Shown piece after piece: positions 10,469 through 22,206 of a DNA stretch of 64,000 nt. Position numbers and translations under genes: made by a program. Source of the stretch: Nitrososphaerales archaeon (GTDB taxonomy: Archaea; Thermoproteota; Nitrososphaeria; Nitrososphaerales; UBA213); the NCBI GenBank assembly GCA_965197925.1, contig CBDAOC010000020.1:64001-128000 (forward strand). Direction: 5' to 3'. Below the pieces are notes generated by a model. That model did no database searches, had not been told where the DNA came from, and was given only the letters and a program-made list of their open reading frames with translations. How positions within the stretch are numbered: position 1 is the stretch's first letter; every line of letters starts with the position of its first letter.

Positions 10469-13400
10469 ATGGTTCACATTAAAAAGGTAGAGATCTATGG
10501 CTTCAAATCATTCGGTTATAAAAATACAGTAGTTCCCATGGAGAAGGGTGTAGTATGTGTAACGGGTCCAAATGGATCTGGCAAGAGTAACATATTAGAT
10601 GCCATTGTATTTGCATTGGGAGAAAATAGTCCCAAAGTATTACGTGTTAATAAGTTGCACTCATTATTTCATGATCAAAGTGAAGGCAGAGTCCACAAGT
10701 TGGTAAGGACTAGTGTCAGTTTTGATAACATAGAAAGGGGTATACCATTCGATTCTAATACAGTTACAATTACTAGAGAGATGCCTTTTCAAGGTGAGAG
10801 CCAGTATTATCTTAACGGTAAGAAGGTAACAAAGACCACAATAACGGATCTATTAGACATGGTGGTTGCTACACCAAACAAATTGAACGTTGTACAACAA
10901 GGTATGATCATGCGGCTAGCTGAACTCAACTCAGAGGAGAGGAGAAGCATAATAGAGGATATAGTAGGACTGTCATACTTTGACGAGAAAAAGGCGGGAG
11001 CAATGAAACAGCTTGAAGAGGCTGATCGTAGACTTGAGGTTGCAATGGCAAGAATGGGAGAAATAAGGAAGCGAATTGACGATTTGGAAGGCGAAAGAAA
11101 TGATCAGTTGAGATTTCATTATCTAGAAAGAGATATCAAACATATCAAGGCTATCAAGTTCTCAATTTCAATACTGGAAATTAGGAAACGGTTACAATCT
11201 CAGAATATTGTATCAGAGCAGAACTCAGTTGAAATTGAAAATGTCAGTAAAGAACTAGAGACGATAAAAAAAGAGCTATCGCTACTTGAAGGAGAAAAAT
11301 CAAATTTCCTAAAGGAGGTAGATGTTTATTCAAGGGCAAAGGCTGAGGTAGATAGTGGAATTTCTAATGTAATAATGAGGTTCGAGCAGTTGAAGGCAAG
11401 CATAAGATCTAGTGAGCAGCGAGTGAAACAGATCGGTCAAAACATTCCAATGCTATTAAAAGAAAGAGATTTGATGAAAAAACAGACCGATATTATAAAT
11501 GCAAAGCTCAAAGAATCAAATTCTCAGTTGACTGTAAGTGAAGAAGGGAAGCGTAAAATTCTTGCGGAATTTGAAGTTTTGAATTCTGAACTTAAGGATT
11601 TGCATTCCAGACAATCTGAAGTAAATGAACAAAAGATAAATTTTCAAGAACAATTGAAGGGGTTAGAGAATATACAGGGAAAGAACAGTATCGAACTTTC
11701 TACAAACGTGGAGCGGCAAAAGATAAATGTCGAAAAGTTGCAAACAAATACCAATCGTGAACAAAGTATAAATGATGAACAGAAAACGTTGTCTATATTA
11801 ATTGCAAAACTGCAAAAACTTAAGAGTGAAGAACATCAAAAGATTGATTATTATGATCAAGAGATTAGAAAAATAGATACAAAGAAGGTCAATATAGAAC
11901 AACAGATAGAAAATACCTCACTCCTGCTAGAAAAGGCTGGATCTGCAGCAGTCCACTACAAGACCAAGATAAAGATGGTCAAGAATCTTCAACATGAAGA
12001 TTATGCTATTGCAATGTTGTTGCAATATGCGAAAGAATTTGGTATCCTGGGTACATTTATGCAATTGGTCAAATGGGAAAATTATTATGAACGTGCTGTT
12101 ATCACCGTCGCATCGTTATGGATGAAAGCAATTGTTGTTAAAGACGTGAAGAAAATGCTCAGGATGGTCGATCACGCACGCGAAATGAAATTCCCTAGGC
12201 TCCGAATAATTCCATTGGATATTGCAACAAATCAAAACGTTGTGAATATTCCTGCGTCCAAAGGTGTAAGAGGTTTGTTATCAAACTTCGTATTGTCTTA
12301 TGAAGCACCAAACTTGGTTGATTTTGTATTTGGAGAGACCATACTTGTAGATAATGCTCATATTGCCTACCAACTTTCCAAAGAAGGATGGAAAACGGTC
12401 ACTTTCGAGGGAGAACTTTTTGAGCCGAAAGCAAATGCAGTCATATTAGATCTGAATTCAAAAATCACTAATCTCACTAAGACAATTCTCTTAGGTGAAT
12501 CGATTGAGAGCCTTATAAGCTCGATTGATATGCTAAGGCAGCTTATTTCAAGGAAAAAAGATGAACTTAATGACATAACATTAGAATTGAAACAAGTAGA
12601 AGAGAGCAAGGCTGAAGTAATCAGATCAATAACCGCGATTGATTCACAGATAGAAAATAGTCGAGGGTTATTGCAACACCATACCAGAGGCAGTGAAATT
12701 ATTCAGGAAAGAATTAAATCAATTATAGACCTTGATTCAGAAACCACGAACAAGATAGGGGATCTAGAAGCTGAACAGAAAAAAATGAATTTCAAAATTG
12801 TTGAAATACAAAACAAATTGGAAGTGATCGATGAACAAAGAGTTGATAAAAATATTCGAGTGGTAGAACTTCAGAAGATAGAGATGGTCAGAACTATTGA
12901 AAGTCTGGAGAATGAAATACGTGAGAAAATTACACTAATTTCGTCTCAAAAAGGTGAAATTGAAAGTCTTTCAAAGAAGATTGGTGATATTGCCCATAAT
13001 TTCAAAATAATAAAAGAAGAAGCAGTAGAGAAATCTTATTCTATAAAAGAAAATAAAAAGGAGCTACAAAATGTTCAAGATGAGCTAAAGGCATTTAGAG
13101 ATAGGGAACAACAGATTATAGATACATCAGGCAATTCTGTTCGTATACTGCAGAAATATGAGTCAAAAATTAAACTTGTTTCAGAGGAAGAACGAAAGAT
13201 CTACAAACAAATGAGCACCATAGAGAAGAACATAGCTTTGAATAGAAAAGAAATAACGGATCTAACTATCAATGAAAAGGCACTTATGCAGGAATTGATG
13301 GAATATGGTTATAGTGAACCTCTGGAAGGTCACAATGTTGTAATTGAAGTTGCTGAACTCATAAAAGAGTATGATAATGTTCGTGGTTCGATTAACCAGC

Positions 13401-13993
13401 TAGCCGACAAGACCTATGTCCAGGTAATAGAAGGTTATAGAGGAATGTCATTTCGGAAGAATCAGCTTGAATCCGAACGCAACTCCATCGTAAGGTTCAT
13501 CGAAGATATAGAAAGACAAAAGAGACAGGTATTCATGGAAGCTTTTGATAAGGTAAACAAAGATGTACGATATATGTTTTCAAAGATGACTGGTGGTGAT
13601 GGCTCAGCGTGGCTAGAGCTCGAAAACCCTGACGATGTCTTTATCACCGGGATTATGTTTATTGCACAATTTCCAATGAAACCGCCAAGAGAGTCAACAT
13701 CCTTGAGCGGCGGAGAAAAGACTATTGCAGCTACCACCTTCTTACTTGCTTTACAATCTTTGAAACCATCACCCTACTACCTCTTCGACGAAATTGATGC
13801 ACACCTTGATGCTCAGAACACGGAGAGGTTGTCAAAAATTGTAGTAGAAAAATCTAAGTTAAGTCAAATGATAGTCGTTACATTAAAAGATGCTATAGTG
13901 GCGAAAGCTAAGATGGTTCACGGTGTTTATCCAAAAAGTGGTATCTCCCAAGTAATAAAATACAATCCATCTACAATGCCAGTGACAAGCTAG
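10469..13993 (+). CDS. smc: Chromosome segregation ATPase SMC
   Basis: GFKSF, Walker A GPNGSGKSN, coiled coils with hinge, LSGGEK, Walker B LFDEIDAHLD. Likely start is ATG 10469. Confidence 0.96.
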   Translation: MVHIKKVEIYGFKSFGYKNTVVPMEKGVVCVTGPNGSGKSNILDAIVFALGENSPKVLRVNKLHSLFHDQSEGRVHKLVRTSVSFDNIERGIPFDSNTVTITREMPFQGESQYYLNGKKVTKTTITDLLDMVVATPNKLNVVQQGMIMRLAELNSEERRSIIEDIVGLSYFDEKKAGAMKQLEEADRRLEVAMARMGEIRKRIDDLEGERNDQLRFHYLERDIKHIKAIKFSISILEIRKRLQSQNIVSEQNSVEIENVSKELETIKKELSLLEGEKSNFLKEVDVYSRAKAEVDSGISNVIMRFEQLKASIRSSEQRVKQIGQNIPMLLKERDLMKKQTDIINAKLKESNSQLTVSEEGKRKILAEFEVLNSELKDLHSRQSEVNEQKINFQEQLKGLENIQGKNSIELSTNVERQKINVEKLQTNTNREQSINDEQKTLSILIAKLQKLKSEEHQKIDYYDQEIRKIDTKKVNIEQQIENTSLLLEKAGSAAVHYKTKIKMVKNLQHEDYAIAMLLQYAKEFGILGTFMQLVKWENYYERAVITVASLWMKAIVVKDVKKMLRMVDHAREMKFPRLRIIPLDIATNQNVVNIPASKGVRGLLSNFVLSYEAPNLVDFVFGETILVDNAHIAYQLSKEGWKTVTFEGELFEPKANAVILDLNSKITNLTKTILLGESIESLISSIDMLRQLISRKKDELNDITLELKQVEESKAEVIRSITAIDSQIENSRGLLQHHTRGSEIIQERIKSIIDLDSETTNKIGDLEAEQKKMNFKIVEIQNKLEVIDEQRVDKNIRVVELQKIEMVRTIESLENEIREKITLISSQKGEIESLSKKIGDIAHNFKIIKEEAVEKSYSIKENKKELQNVQDELKAFRDREQQIIDTSGNSVRILQKYESKIKLVSEEERKIYKQMSTIEKNIALNRKEITDLTINEKALMQELMEYGYSEPLEGHNVVIEVAELIKEYDNVRGSINQLADKTYVQVIEGYRGMSFRKNQLESERNSIVRFIEDIERQKRQVFMEAFDKVNKDVRYMFSKMTGGDGSAWLELENPDDVFITGIMFIAQFPMKPPRESTSLSGGEKTIAATTFLLALQSLKPSPYYLFDEIDAHLDAQNTERLSKIVVEKSKLSQMIVVTLKDAIVAKAKMVHGVYPKSGISQVIKYNPSTMPVTS

Positions 13994-14521
13994 ATACACT
14001 TGTATTATTTTAGTTTTGAAGTTATTTATGGCATAGAATTTACAAAAAATGATCGGTGTATTTAATGACTACATGATCTAGCTTTTCTGATTCAATATTA
14101 CCACACTTTTCCCTTGAAATATTGATTCAAACAAATCTGAGTATCACATTCTTGGAAAGAATATATAAGACTATACCCATATCAGTTTCTAAAAGTGGAA
14201 CAAACTTACCGAAGATGTGGTTGCTAAAATTCATGAAGATGGTAAATTCAAAATAAAATTAGAACAGGAAAGACAGTTTCCATATCCTATAGGTATCTTA
14301 ATAGATGCGAGAAATTCATAAATATTCTACCAACAATTATCAGAGTATAAATTTGAATTATGAGCGACTTGTTTTGTTACATGAGAAGTTATTCCATTTA
14401 ATAATTAGTAGATGAATTTGAATGATTGCTTCCTATTAAACCTAGACTTTCAATTTCAGTCCTTGTTTCCCAGTTGTAGGTTACTTATAGATACGACAGG
14501 GCCAATTTCCTTTACATATAT

Positions 14522-15532
14522 TCACTTTGGATAAAGAAAACAAGAAACATAATGCGATTCTTCAATTTCCAATAATTGTGGGGCTTTTTTGCAAATATCC
14601 ATTGCATTGGAGCAACGGGGTTCAAAATTACATCCTACGTGAATTACTTCTGTACCAGTTTCTACCTTTATCCTAAGTTTCTTTTCGACGAGACGATTGT
14701 TAGGATCTGGTTCCAATAGTGCATCCATTAACGCCTTTGTATAGGGATGCAATGGATTGAGTAGCACCTTATCGATAGGACCCTTTTCCACAATTTTTCC
14801 CAAATACATTATTGCAATTTCCTTGCCAATGTATCTCGAAGTCGAAAGATCATGAGTGATATAGAGGTAAGTTATTTCATATTTCTTCTGCAATTTCTGC
14901 ATAAGCTCAAGTATTTCTGCCCTTATAGACAAGTCGAGCATAGATACCGGTTCATCAGCCACGATGAACTTAGGTTTCAGTACTAATGCTCTTGCAAGTG
15001 CAACTCTCTGTCTCTGGCCGCCAGATAGCATATGCGGGTACCTATAAGCAATTTCACTTACAGGTTCGAGTCTTACTTCTTCTAGCGCTTTCATAACCTT
15101 CTCATTCCGTTCTTCCTTCGAACCGATTTTGAGCACTGTCAAAGGTTCCATAACGATCTCAAATATCTTCATCCTTGGATCTATAGATGCGTATGGATCT
15201 TGGTGAACCATCTGTGCATTAACTCTAAACTTCTTCAATTCTTTATCATCGAGTTTAGTGACATCTACATCATCAAATAATACTTTTCCAGCATCTGGGT
15301 CAATCGCCCGTAAAATAAGTCTCGCTACGGTTGTTTTCCCAGAACCTGATTCACCTGCCAGAACAAAAACACTCCCTTTTTTAATTTCAAAGGTAACATC
15401 ATCAACAGCTTTAACAAAACCTTCCGTTCCACCACGTATCAGTTCTGAGATAGAACGTTTTACAGGAAACCATTTTCTCAATCCCTGAACTTTAATAAAT
15501 TGATTTACCATGATAAATAATAAACAATTCAA
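14522..15532 (-). CDS. Oligopeptide/dipeptide ABC transporter ATP-binding subunit (OppF/DppF-like)
   Basis: GESGSGKT, LSGGQRQR, ADEP, HPYT and a C-terminal Cys cluster. Start may be slightly downstream. Confidence 0.92.
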   Translation of the reverse strand: MNCLLFIMVNQFIKVQGLRKWFPVKRSISELIRGGTEGFVKAVDDVTFEIKKGSVFVLAGESGSGKTTVARLILRAIDPDAGKVLFDDVDVTKLDDKELKKFRVNAQMVHQDPYASIDPRMKIFEIVMEPLTVLKIGSKEERNEKVMKALEEVRLEPVSEIAYRYPHMLSGGQRQRVALARALVLKPKFIVADEPVSMLDLSIRAEILELMQKLQKKYEITYLYITHDLSTSRYIGKEIAIMYLGKIVEKGPIDKVLLNPLHPYTKALMDALLEPDPNNRLVEKKLRIKVETGTEVIHVGCNFEPRCSNAMDICKKAPQLLEIEESHYVSCFLYPK

Positions 15533-15547
15533 TTCTTAATATATCTA

Positions 15548-16498
15548 TTATTGGTTTTCATATAGCCAACATCTTACATATCCGCCTTTGGTGTTGATTA
15601 ATGGAGGATCTTGCATACAAACATCCATAGCAAATGAACATCTATTATAGAACCTACAACCTTTAGGTAGATTTGCCAGGTTAGGAGGATTGCCTTTAAT
15701 ATATGAAATATTTTTCTCATTTTTTAATCGTGGTATAGAAGCTATTAATGCTTGAGTGTAAGGGTGCTTGGGTTTATCATAGATTTGTTCCGCACTTCCG
15801 AACTCAACTAATTCACCAGCGTACATTATGCCTATCTTATCTGCAATTTCCGAAATTAAAGCAAGATCATGTGTGATAAGCATTATTGTCATTCCTTTCT
15901 TTTTCAGATTTTTGAGAAGATTAATTATCTGGGCCTGAACCAGGACATCTAATGCGGTAGTAGGTTCATCAGCAATTACAAATTCGGGCTCAAGTAGTAA
16001 TGCCAAAGCGATGATTATTCTTTGTTTCATACCACCACTCAGTTCATGCGGATATTTGTTGAGTATCGAAGAATCCAAACCGACTTGTTTTACAGCTTTT
16101 GTTAAACATTCAACCATCTTTTCTTGCGGAAATCCATGATGTATCAAAGCCTCTTTCAGCTGATCTTTAACACTGTAAACAGGATCCAAGGCGTTCATTG
16201 CTCCTTGAAATATCATGGAAATACGTTTCCATCTTACTTTCTTCGTGAACTCTTTTTCGGTCATATGTAAAATATCCGTATCATTTAGGATTATCCTACC
16301 ATCAATTATTTTTCCCGGAGGCTGAAGCATCCTAATCATGCATAATCCTAGCGTGCTCTTTCCCGATGCAGATTCACCAGCAATACCCAATGATTCTCCA
16401 TCGTCTAATGTAAAACTAATGTTGTCAACTGCCTTAACATTTCCATTACTCACAAAATAATACGCTTTCAGGTTTTCAACCCTCAACCCTTTTTCCAT
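15548..16498 (-). CDS. Oligopeptide/dipeptide ABC transporter ATP-binding subunit (OppD/DppD-like)
   Basis: GESASGKS, FQGAMNAL, LSGGMKQR, DEPTTALD, GCRF..RC. Confidence 0.93.
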   Translation of the reverse strand: MEKGLRVENLKAYYFVSNGNVKAVDNISFTLDDGESLGIAGESASGKSTLGLCMIRMLQPPGKIIDGRIILNDTDILHMTEKEFTKKVRWKRISMIFQGAMNALDPVYSVKDQLKEALIHHGFPQEKMVECLTKAVKQVGLDSSILNKYPHELSGGMKQRIIIALALLLEPEFVIADEPTTALDVLVQAQIINLLKNLKKKGMTIMLITHDLALISEIADKIGIMYAGELVEFGSAEQIYDKPKHPYTQALIASIPRLKNEKNISYIKGNPPNLANLPKGCRFYNRCSFAMDVCMQDPPLINTKGGYVRCWLYENQ

Positions 16499-16528
16499 TT
16501 TTGATAATTCGCTTTAGTACTATATTAC

Positions 16529-17035
16529 TTATGCTCCCCTCAATAGGGCTGCGATGAATATTACCACAAATGAGATCATAAATACAATCAACATCATTGA
16601 TCTTGTCAACCTTAGCATTGATGAACATGTGGAACACGAATGTTGTATGAATTCTTCTCTAATATGTAGTGATATATGTGTTATAATTTCTGTTTTGAAT
16701 TTCATAGTGATTTTAGTCACAAGTATTATCATCACCATCACAAATATAATTTTTACAAGTAATGACTGCCCATAAGCCGTATCCGTAAAATCCGATAGTG
16801 TAGTCATGTTGTTTACGAATATAACTCTGTATAACCCCGTGAAGACTATAACAGATATACTTATCCATACCAGCCTGAGAAAATTCGGAAGAACTTTGCT
16901 AATCATTCTACTTCTATTAGTAAGATCAAACTGTGCAAGATTAGGAGTAAGTATCAGCAAATTAAATCCTAAACCACCAATCCATAGCATTACCGCACTC
17001 AAGTGCATCCAGTGTAGTATTAGACTTATTACCAC
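16529..17035 (-). CDS. CopD/DUF4149-like membrane protein
   Basis: HWMHL...WIGGL, TG, YG..L.VK pattern; four TM helices; HSCSTC insert. Confidence 0.75.
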   Translation of the reverse strand: MVISLILHWMHLSAVMLWIGGLGFNLLILTPNLAQFDLTNRSRMISKVLPNFLRLVWISISVIVFTGLYRVIFVNNMTTLSDFTDTAYGQSLLVKIIFVMVMIILVTKITMKFKTEIITHISLHIREEFIQHSCSTCSSMLRLTRSMMLIVFMISFVVIFIAALLRGA

Positions 17036-17119
17036 ATCGTAACTTGTTTGAACAACAAATTAAGGTTTGAATTCAAGAGCACGGTTATATAAGGCAGTTA
17101 GATTTATTCAACTTGCAAA

Positions 17120-18412
17120 ATGACTGATATCTTAAGAACACATTATGCCAATCAGCTTAACGAATCAATAATAGATCAAATTATTAGCATTGGCGGTTGG
17201 CTAGAAGATTTGCGTGACATAGGATCATTGGTATTTCTTACGGTTCGCGATAATAGCGGCACCGCACAAGTGATTGTGAGTGATCCCAATATGTTGGTAG
17301 GTGCTAAGAAAATTACAAGGCAAAGCATTGTAATGGTTTCTGGTAAGCTACAGAAAAGCAAATCCAAGGCATTGCGCGTTGAAATTAAGGCCAATTACAT
17401 AGAAGTGTTGTCAAGCGCAGTACAGCCACTACCTATAGACCCAACTGGCCGTGTTAATACATCAATAGATGTTAGGTTGGACTCGAGGGCACTTGACCTT
17501 AGAAACCCAAAGGTTCTTGCATTGTTTCAGATAAGGCATGAGACATTACAGTCGATTAGAAAAACACTGATAGAAAATAGATTCATTGAAGTTAATACCC
17601 CGAAAATAATTGGTAGTGCGAGTGAAGGTGGTGCTAACCTTTTCTCTCTGGAATATTTTGGTAAGAAAGCTTATTTGGCGCAGAGTCCTCAGTTGTACAA
17701 GGAACAATTAACGATTGCATTAGATAGAGTATTCGAGATAGCTCCTTACTATAGAGCAGAAAAATCTCACACAGTTCGGCATTTGAACGAATTCATCAGC
17801 ATAGATATCGAAGGTGCGTTTATGGATGCCGACGACGTCATGAAAGTAGCGGAACAAATGGTAAGAAATATTCTAGTGCATCTTCACAAGAGGAGCATCG
17901 ACGATCTGAAACAGTTCAGTAATGAAATTATAGTTCCTTCATTACCATTTAAACGCCTGACTTATTCGCAAGTTCTTGATGAGCTTAAAAACCATGACAT
18001 AAAATTGGAATTTGGCGAAGACTTATCCGAACACGCATTGCGTGTTCTAGGTGAAAAATACAAAGATTACTACTTTATAATAGACTGGCCGCTCAAACTG
18101 AAACCATTTTATATACATGAAAAAGCGGATGATTCTGAATTGTCATATTCTTTCGACCTCCAGTATGGGTATTTGGAACTTTCTTCTGGGGGCAAAAGAC
18201 AACATGATGCGAATAAATTGAGAAAAAGATTGAAAGAACAGGGTCTGGATCCAGCTGATTTTGAGGATCATCTCAAGGTCTTTGAATGGGGTATGCCACC
18301 ACATTCTGGATGGGGTATTGGGCTTGATAGACTTTTGATGGCAATATGTAATTCAAGCAATATAAGGGAAGTTGTGTTGTATCCCAGGGATACTGAAAGA
18401 TTGAAACCGTAG
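17120..18412 (+). CDS. aspS: Aspartyl-tRNA synthetase (archaeal type, probably non-discriminating)
   Basis: RTHY N-terminus, LAQSPQLYK, YRAE..RHLNEF, GMPPHSGWGIGLDR, YPRD. Confidence 0.96.
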   Translation: MTDILRTHYANQLNESIIDQIISIGGWLEDLRDIGSLVFLTVRDNSGTAQVIVSDPNMLVGAKKITRQSIVMVSGKLQKSKSKALRVEIKANYIEVLSSAVQPLPIDPTGRVNTSIDVRLDSRALDLRNPKVLALFQIRHETLQSIRKTLIENRFIEVNTPKIIGSASEGGANLFSLEYFGKKAYLAQSPQLYKEQLTIALDRVFEIAPYYRAEKSHTVRHLNEFISIDIEGAFMDADDVMKVAEQMVRNILVHLHKRSIDDLKQFSNEIIVPSLPFKRLTYSQVLDELKNHDIKLEFGEDLSEHALRVLGEKYKDYYFIIDWPLKLKPFYIHEKADDSELSYSFDLQYGYLELSSGGKRQHDANKLRKRLKEQGLDPADFEDHLKVFEWGMPPHSGWGIGLDRLLMAICNSSNIREVVLYPRDTERLKP

Positions 18413-18469
18413 TTAAATGTGGAATCGTTTGGATTACACATTAAATTATCGTAGTAATTCATGAAGAGT

Positions 18470-18621
18470 GTTGCTTGGTTGATGAACACATGAAGTTAGT
18501 CAAATGGAAGAAAATGGTGACGGAATTAATGCTGAAGGCTTCCCTACACAACATATTCAATGCAATGAATGCAAAAGGGTGTAGATAACTGCTATAATAT
18601 GGTAATTATTCGACATTGCTG
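18470..18621 (+). mobile_element. Right-end relic of an IS (transposase C-terminus plus terminal repeat)
   Basis: Encodes EHMKLVKWKKMVTELMLKASLHNIFNAMN and ends GGTAATTATTCGACATTGC. Homologous to 25545-25699. Confidence 0.65.
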
Positions 18622-18680
18622 TAGTATTTTGAAGGGATATTACGAACAGACTTTAAATAATCCGTTTGGCACCTTGCAAT

Positions 18681-19232
18681 ATGGAAGACAGGCTAGAGTT
18701 AAAGGAATTATACACTACACTTGAAAGAGAAATAGAAAGTGATCAAATACAGTATATGAAAAGCACGACCTATAGAGATATAGCAAAAATACTAGGCAAC
18801 CTCAGTGGTCAAGGTTATGATGGTATAGAAGCAAGGATAAAGAATACCGTGACCGAGTTGATAGGAGACATGGTAACGTTACTACTTCGAACAAGACTTC
18901 GCAAAATTAAACAGTCAGAAGTAGATTACATAAACCTTACTGAAGAGGAGCAATATATAGCACATTCTGAAAAGAACCTAAGTATTCGCTTTGAACAAGT
19001 TATGTTTGCAACACTTGGGGGGAGGGTAAAGTTACTCGAGGGAACAGTGTTAAAGACAAAAATAACACGTATACTGCTTAGGTTTCTGAAGGCGATAGAC
19101 ACCATAACAGGTGTTGATGATAACAGATATGGACCATTTGAAGCTGAAGATATTGCTGTTCTACCTTTCGAAGAGGCCAAACGGCTAATTGAAGAAGGTG
19201 CTGCAATAGAGGTCACATTGATTGAGCAGTAA
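18681..19232 (+). CDS. GINS complex subunit (Gins51-like)
   Basis: LLRTRLRKI and LTEEE in the A domain; C-terminal B domain GVDDNRYGPFEAEDIAVLP..EAKRLIEEGAA. Confidence 0.8.
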   Translation: MEDRLELKELYTTLEREIESDQIQYMKSTTYRDIAKILGNLSGQGYDGIEARIKNTVTELIGDMVTLLLRTRLRKIKQSEVDYINLTEEEQYIAHSEKNLSIRFEQVMFATLGGRVKLLEGTVLKTKITRILLRFLKAIDTITGVDDNRYGPFEAEDIAVLPFEEAKRLIEEGAAIEVTLIEQ

Positions 19233-19263
19233 CAGAAATAACCCCTTTTATCGCGAATAATAC

Positions 19264-19530
19264 ATGGCACACTTGAACATAGATCTACCGACGCATCTTT
19301 TGCTTGCTCTCTACCCCGCGGCAGCCTTATTTTTGATTGAAATAATAGGCATGTATGCCAAGGTGTTGCCTTATAAAAGATACACGGTTCAAGGGATTGT
19401 ATCCCTTGTGTTTGTGGTGCTATATGTTGTTGTCATCGAAGGAACGGGAATTGCTATAGTACTACTCTTACTTGCCCCAGTGCTTTTTATACAAGCGAAA
19501 CGTGTAAGGGAAAATCCAACAATACGTTAG
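19264..19530 (+). CDS. Small membrane protein (3 TM)
   Basis: ATG start; three hydrophobic segments. Confidence 0.7.
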   Translation: MAHLNIDLPTHLLLALYPAAALFLIEIIGMYAKVLPYKRYTVQGIVSLVFVVLYVVVIEGTGIAIVLLLLAPVLFIQAKRVRENPTIR

Positions 19531-20416
19531 CTAGTTCCCTGGCATGTGTTTACTCTGTTCATCTCTATAATCCTCCCTATGCCGAAATCATAAATCCAAT
19601 CCAACATTTCGAACTTCGTACCCTCCAGTCGCATGAAGATTTATTTTCAAATATTTCTGGATGTATTTTCCCATAATCAATCTATAACCAAGTGCATCCT
19701 CTTACGTTTATATCATCATAGATGTATTTACTATTCTTATTCATATTGCCCATAAATATTTCCAAATTTCTTTGAAAATTATATTTGGGAGTAATGAACC
19801 TAGTACCGATGGTATCACAGCATGAAACATTTATCAGGTCACAGGCTTTATTCTCCAATTGAATAAACTATGGGCTACCACAATGTTTTATGGCCTTCCT
19901 TCTTTGAGAATAGATTCAACTCACCTGTGAGAATTTGCACTGTGATCAGTCGACATGAGTTAACCTACCAAAATACAATTTAGGAATTGCTTATACTTAA
20001 AATATCTATGGTAAAAACAAAACAACCATGATCAAACACCAGTGACATGCTGGACCAATATACTCTCGATAGCTATATGAAATTTAACTATCCTACGATT
20101 ACTGAAGGTAAACAATAATGGCATATCTCGTTAGGAGTATCTGGAGAAAAACTCCAGCGTATGTTTCTATTGGCAAGTCATCACGGCCGCTGATAATACA
20201 CAGATAATAAACTGGGTTCTAGGTGTTCCGTATGGTTTGAGGAATGTCAAGCCAAAAATAGAAAATAAGATGATATTAAATATTATCACTTCATATTCAC
20301 CGTTCGATCTGATTAATTCTCCTTAATTTTGTATTTAGATAATATGTTATTCATAAATATATTTTTCCTCGCTAGCTATATTGTTTCTTTTTTCAAAACC
20401 AGTTCAAAGGATGTAA

Positions 20417-20641
20417 TTACTTCTTTAATATTCTTCTTATTCTTTGTAAAATATTTTCTTTTCTTCCAATTCCCTTTTTTCGGATGACTTTCTTTTCTCC
20501 AAACTTCGTTGCCCTGATCAAGCGCAATTTCACACACCTATGATTTTCCGGCAATCTATGCTCTGGGCAGAACTTGTCCTTACAATAATTACACTCAAAA
20601 GGCATGTCACTCTCTAACCCACAGTAATAACAAGAATCCAT
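20417..20641 (-). CDS. AN1-type zinc finger protein
   Basis: CYYCG...PFECNYCKDKFCPEHRLPENHRC. Confidence 0.9.
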   Translation of the reverse strand: MDSCYYCGLESDMPFECNYCKDKFCPEHRLPENHRCVKLRLIRATKFGEKKVIRKKGIGRKENILQRIRRILKK

Positions 20642-20689
20642 GAGACAAAAGGAAAATTTTATCAAATATAAATGAAGATGTCAGAATTA

Positions 20690-21715
20690 TTATGCCGAAA
20701 TATAACCTCTGCCTATTATCTCACCCTTTCTTAGTAATTCTAGCGCATCATTTATTTCATCCAGCGTAAATTTTTTTGTTACTATTGATTTTAACATACC
20801 TCTTTGTGCCAATTCTACAAGCTTAACTAATTCGTTCTTATTTCCAACCAATGAACCAGAAAGTGAAAACTCTTTTAGCACAAATATCTGAGGGTTCAAT
20901 GAAATTGGTCTATTAGATACACCTACCAGAACTATTTTTCCACCGTTCCCCAGGCTACCAACAGAATTTTTAATTGAATCATCGTTTACCACAAAGTCTA
21001 ACATAACATCCACCCCCCTTCCGTTTGTGATTTTTTTTATTTCATCTCTTACATTGCTTCTAGATGTGTTTATGATATAATCAGCACCCATATTCTCTGC
21101 CATCTTTAACTTTTCTGGGTTTCTCCCTATAGTTATGACTTTTGCACCACTTAATTTGGCAATTTGCAGAGCATACATGCCAACACCACCAACCCCATAG
21201 ATTACCACAATGTCTGCAAGGTCAACCTTCCCCGTGCTATTGATAGCATGATAAGCAGTTATACCTGCACAGCCCAGGGTTGCTGCAAAATCTAATGGAA
21301 TATCTTGCAAAGGAACAACCCTTTCGCCGTTGACCTTACAATATTCGGCATAACCTCCATCTGCAGTAAAACCATAACCTGGACTCGTGAAGAGATTCTC
21401 ACAAATCATTCCGTTCCCGTTTAGACAGCAATTGCATATTCCACAAGGGCTGAGGAAATGAACCAGTGCCTTGTCTCCACGTTTAATATTCTTTATATTA
21501 TTACCTACTTCATCAACTTGACCTGCAATTTCATGGCCAAGCGTCACTGGTGGTGTAGATGCTATCACACCATCAATAACATGTATATCGCTATGGCAGA
21601 TTCCTGCCGCCTCAACTTTTAACAGAACGTCGTTGTCACCAACCTGCGGTTTTTCCACATCTTCTAGTTTCAAAAGTTCTCCAACTTTGTAGAACCTAGA
21701 TGTTCTCATGCTCAT
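20690..21715 (-). CDS. Zinc-dependent (MDR) alcohol dehydrogenase
   Basis: GICHSD, GHE, structural Zn CxxCxxC...C, GVGGVG. Confidence 0.95.
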   Translation of the reverse strand: MSMRTSRFYKVGELLKLEDVEKPQVGDNDVLLKVEAAGICHSDIHVIDGVIASTPPVTLGHEIAGQVDEVGNNIKNIKRGDKALVHFLSPCGICNCCLNGNGMICENLFTSPGYGFTADGGYAEYCKVNGERVVPLQDIPLDFAATLGCAGITAYHAINSTGKVDLADIVVIYGVGGVGMYALQIAKLSGAKVITIGRNPEKLKMAENMGADYIINTSRSNVRDEIKKITNGRGVDVMLDFVVNDDSIKNSVGSLGNGGKIVLVGVSNRPISLNPQIFVLKEFSLSGSLVGNKNELVKLVELAQRGMLKSIVTKKFTLDEINDALELLRKGEIIGRGYISA

Positions 21716-22206
21716 GTTCTTCTGTAGAGAACCTATAATGTGTTACTATTTATTGCATCCTCCCTGATTGATAGATCCTCCTTTGTAATTGGTCCGAATT
21801 TACATAAGATTTCAAGGTAGAACAACTATTAAACCCATAATTATTGTGAATATAATACTATACGCTATGCTGTAATTCTTCTCAGAATAATTGGTTGGAT
21901 GGATTTTTTCGAAAATTGCATCGGATCACATATACTTTTTGGTCTGTTAGGAATAATACAATATAATGAAAATATCCAATACTCTACCTTCCTCATAATT
22001 TTTCTAACTCTGTAGATCCAATGAAGTTTTTATGGAATATTTGGTTCTTGATTTTAAAACTACAATAGCAATATTGTAGATATCGCCCGAAACAGTCCCT
22101 ACGATAGGACAACATATGTTCTGTTAACAAATCCTCATTTTAGTTATACGTTCAAGTAGTTATTCTAACAATTAAAGACGCTATTATTAAACCACATAAC
22201 TTTAAT

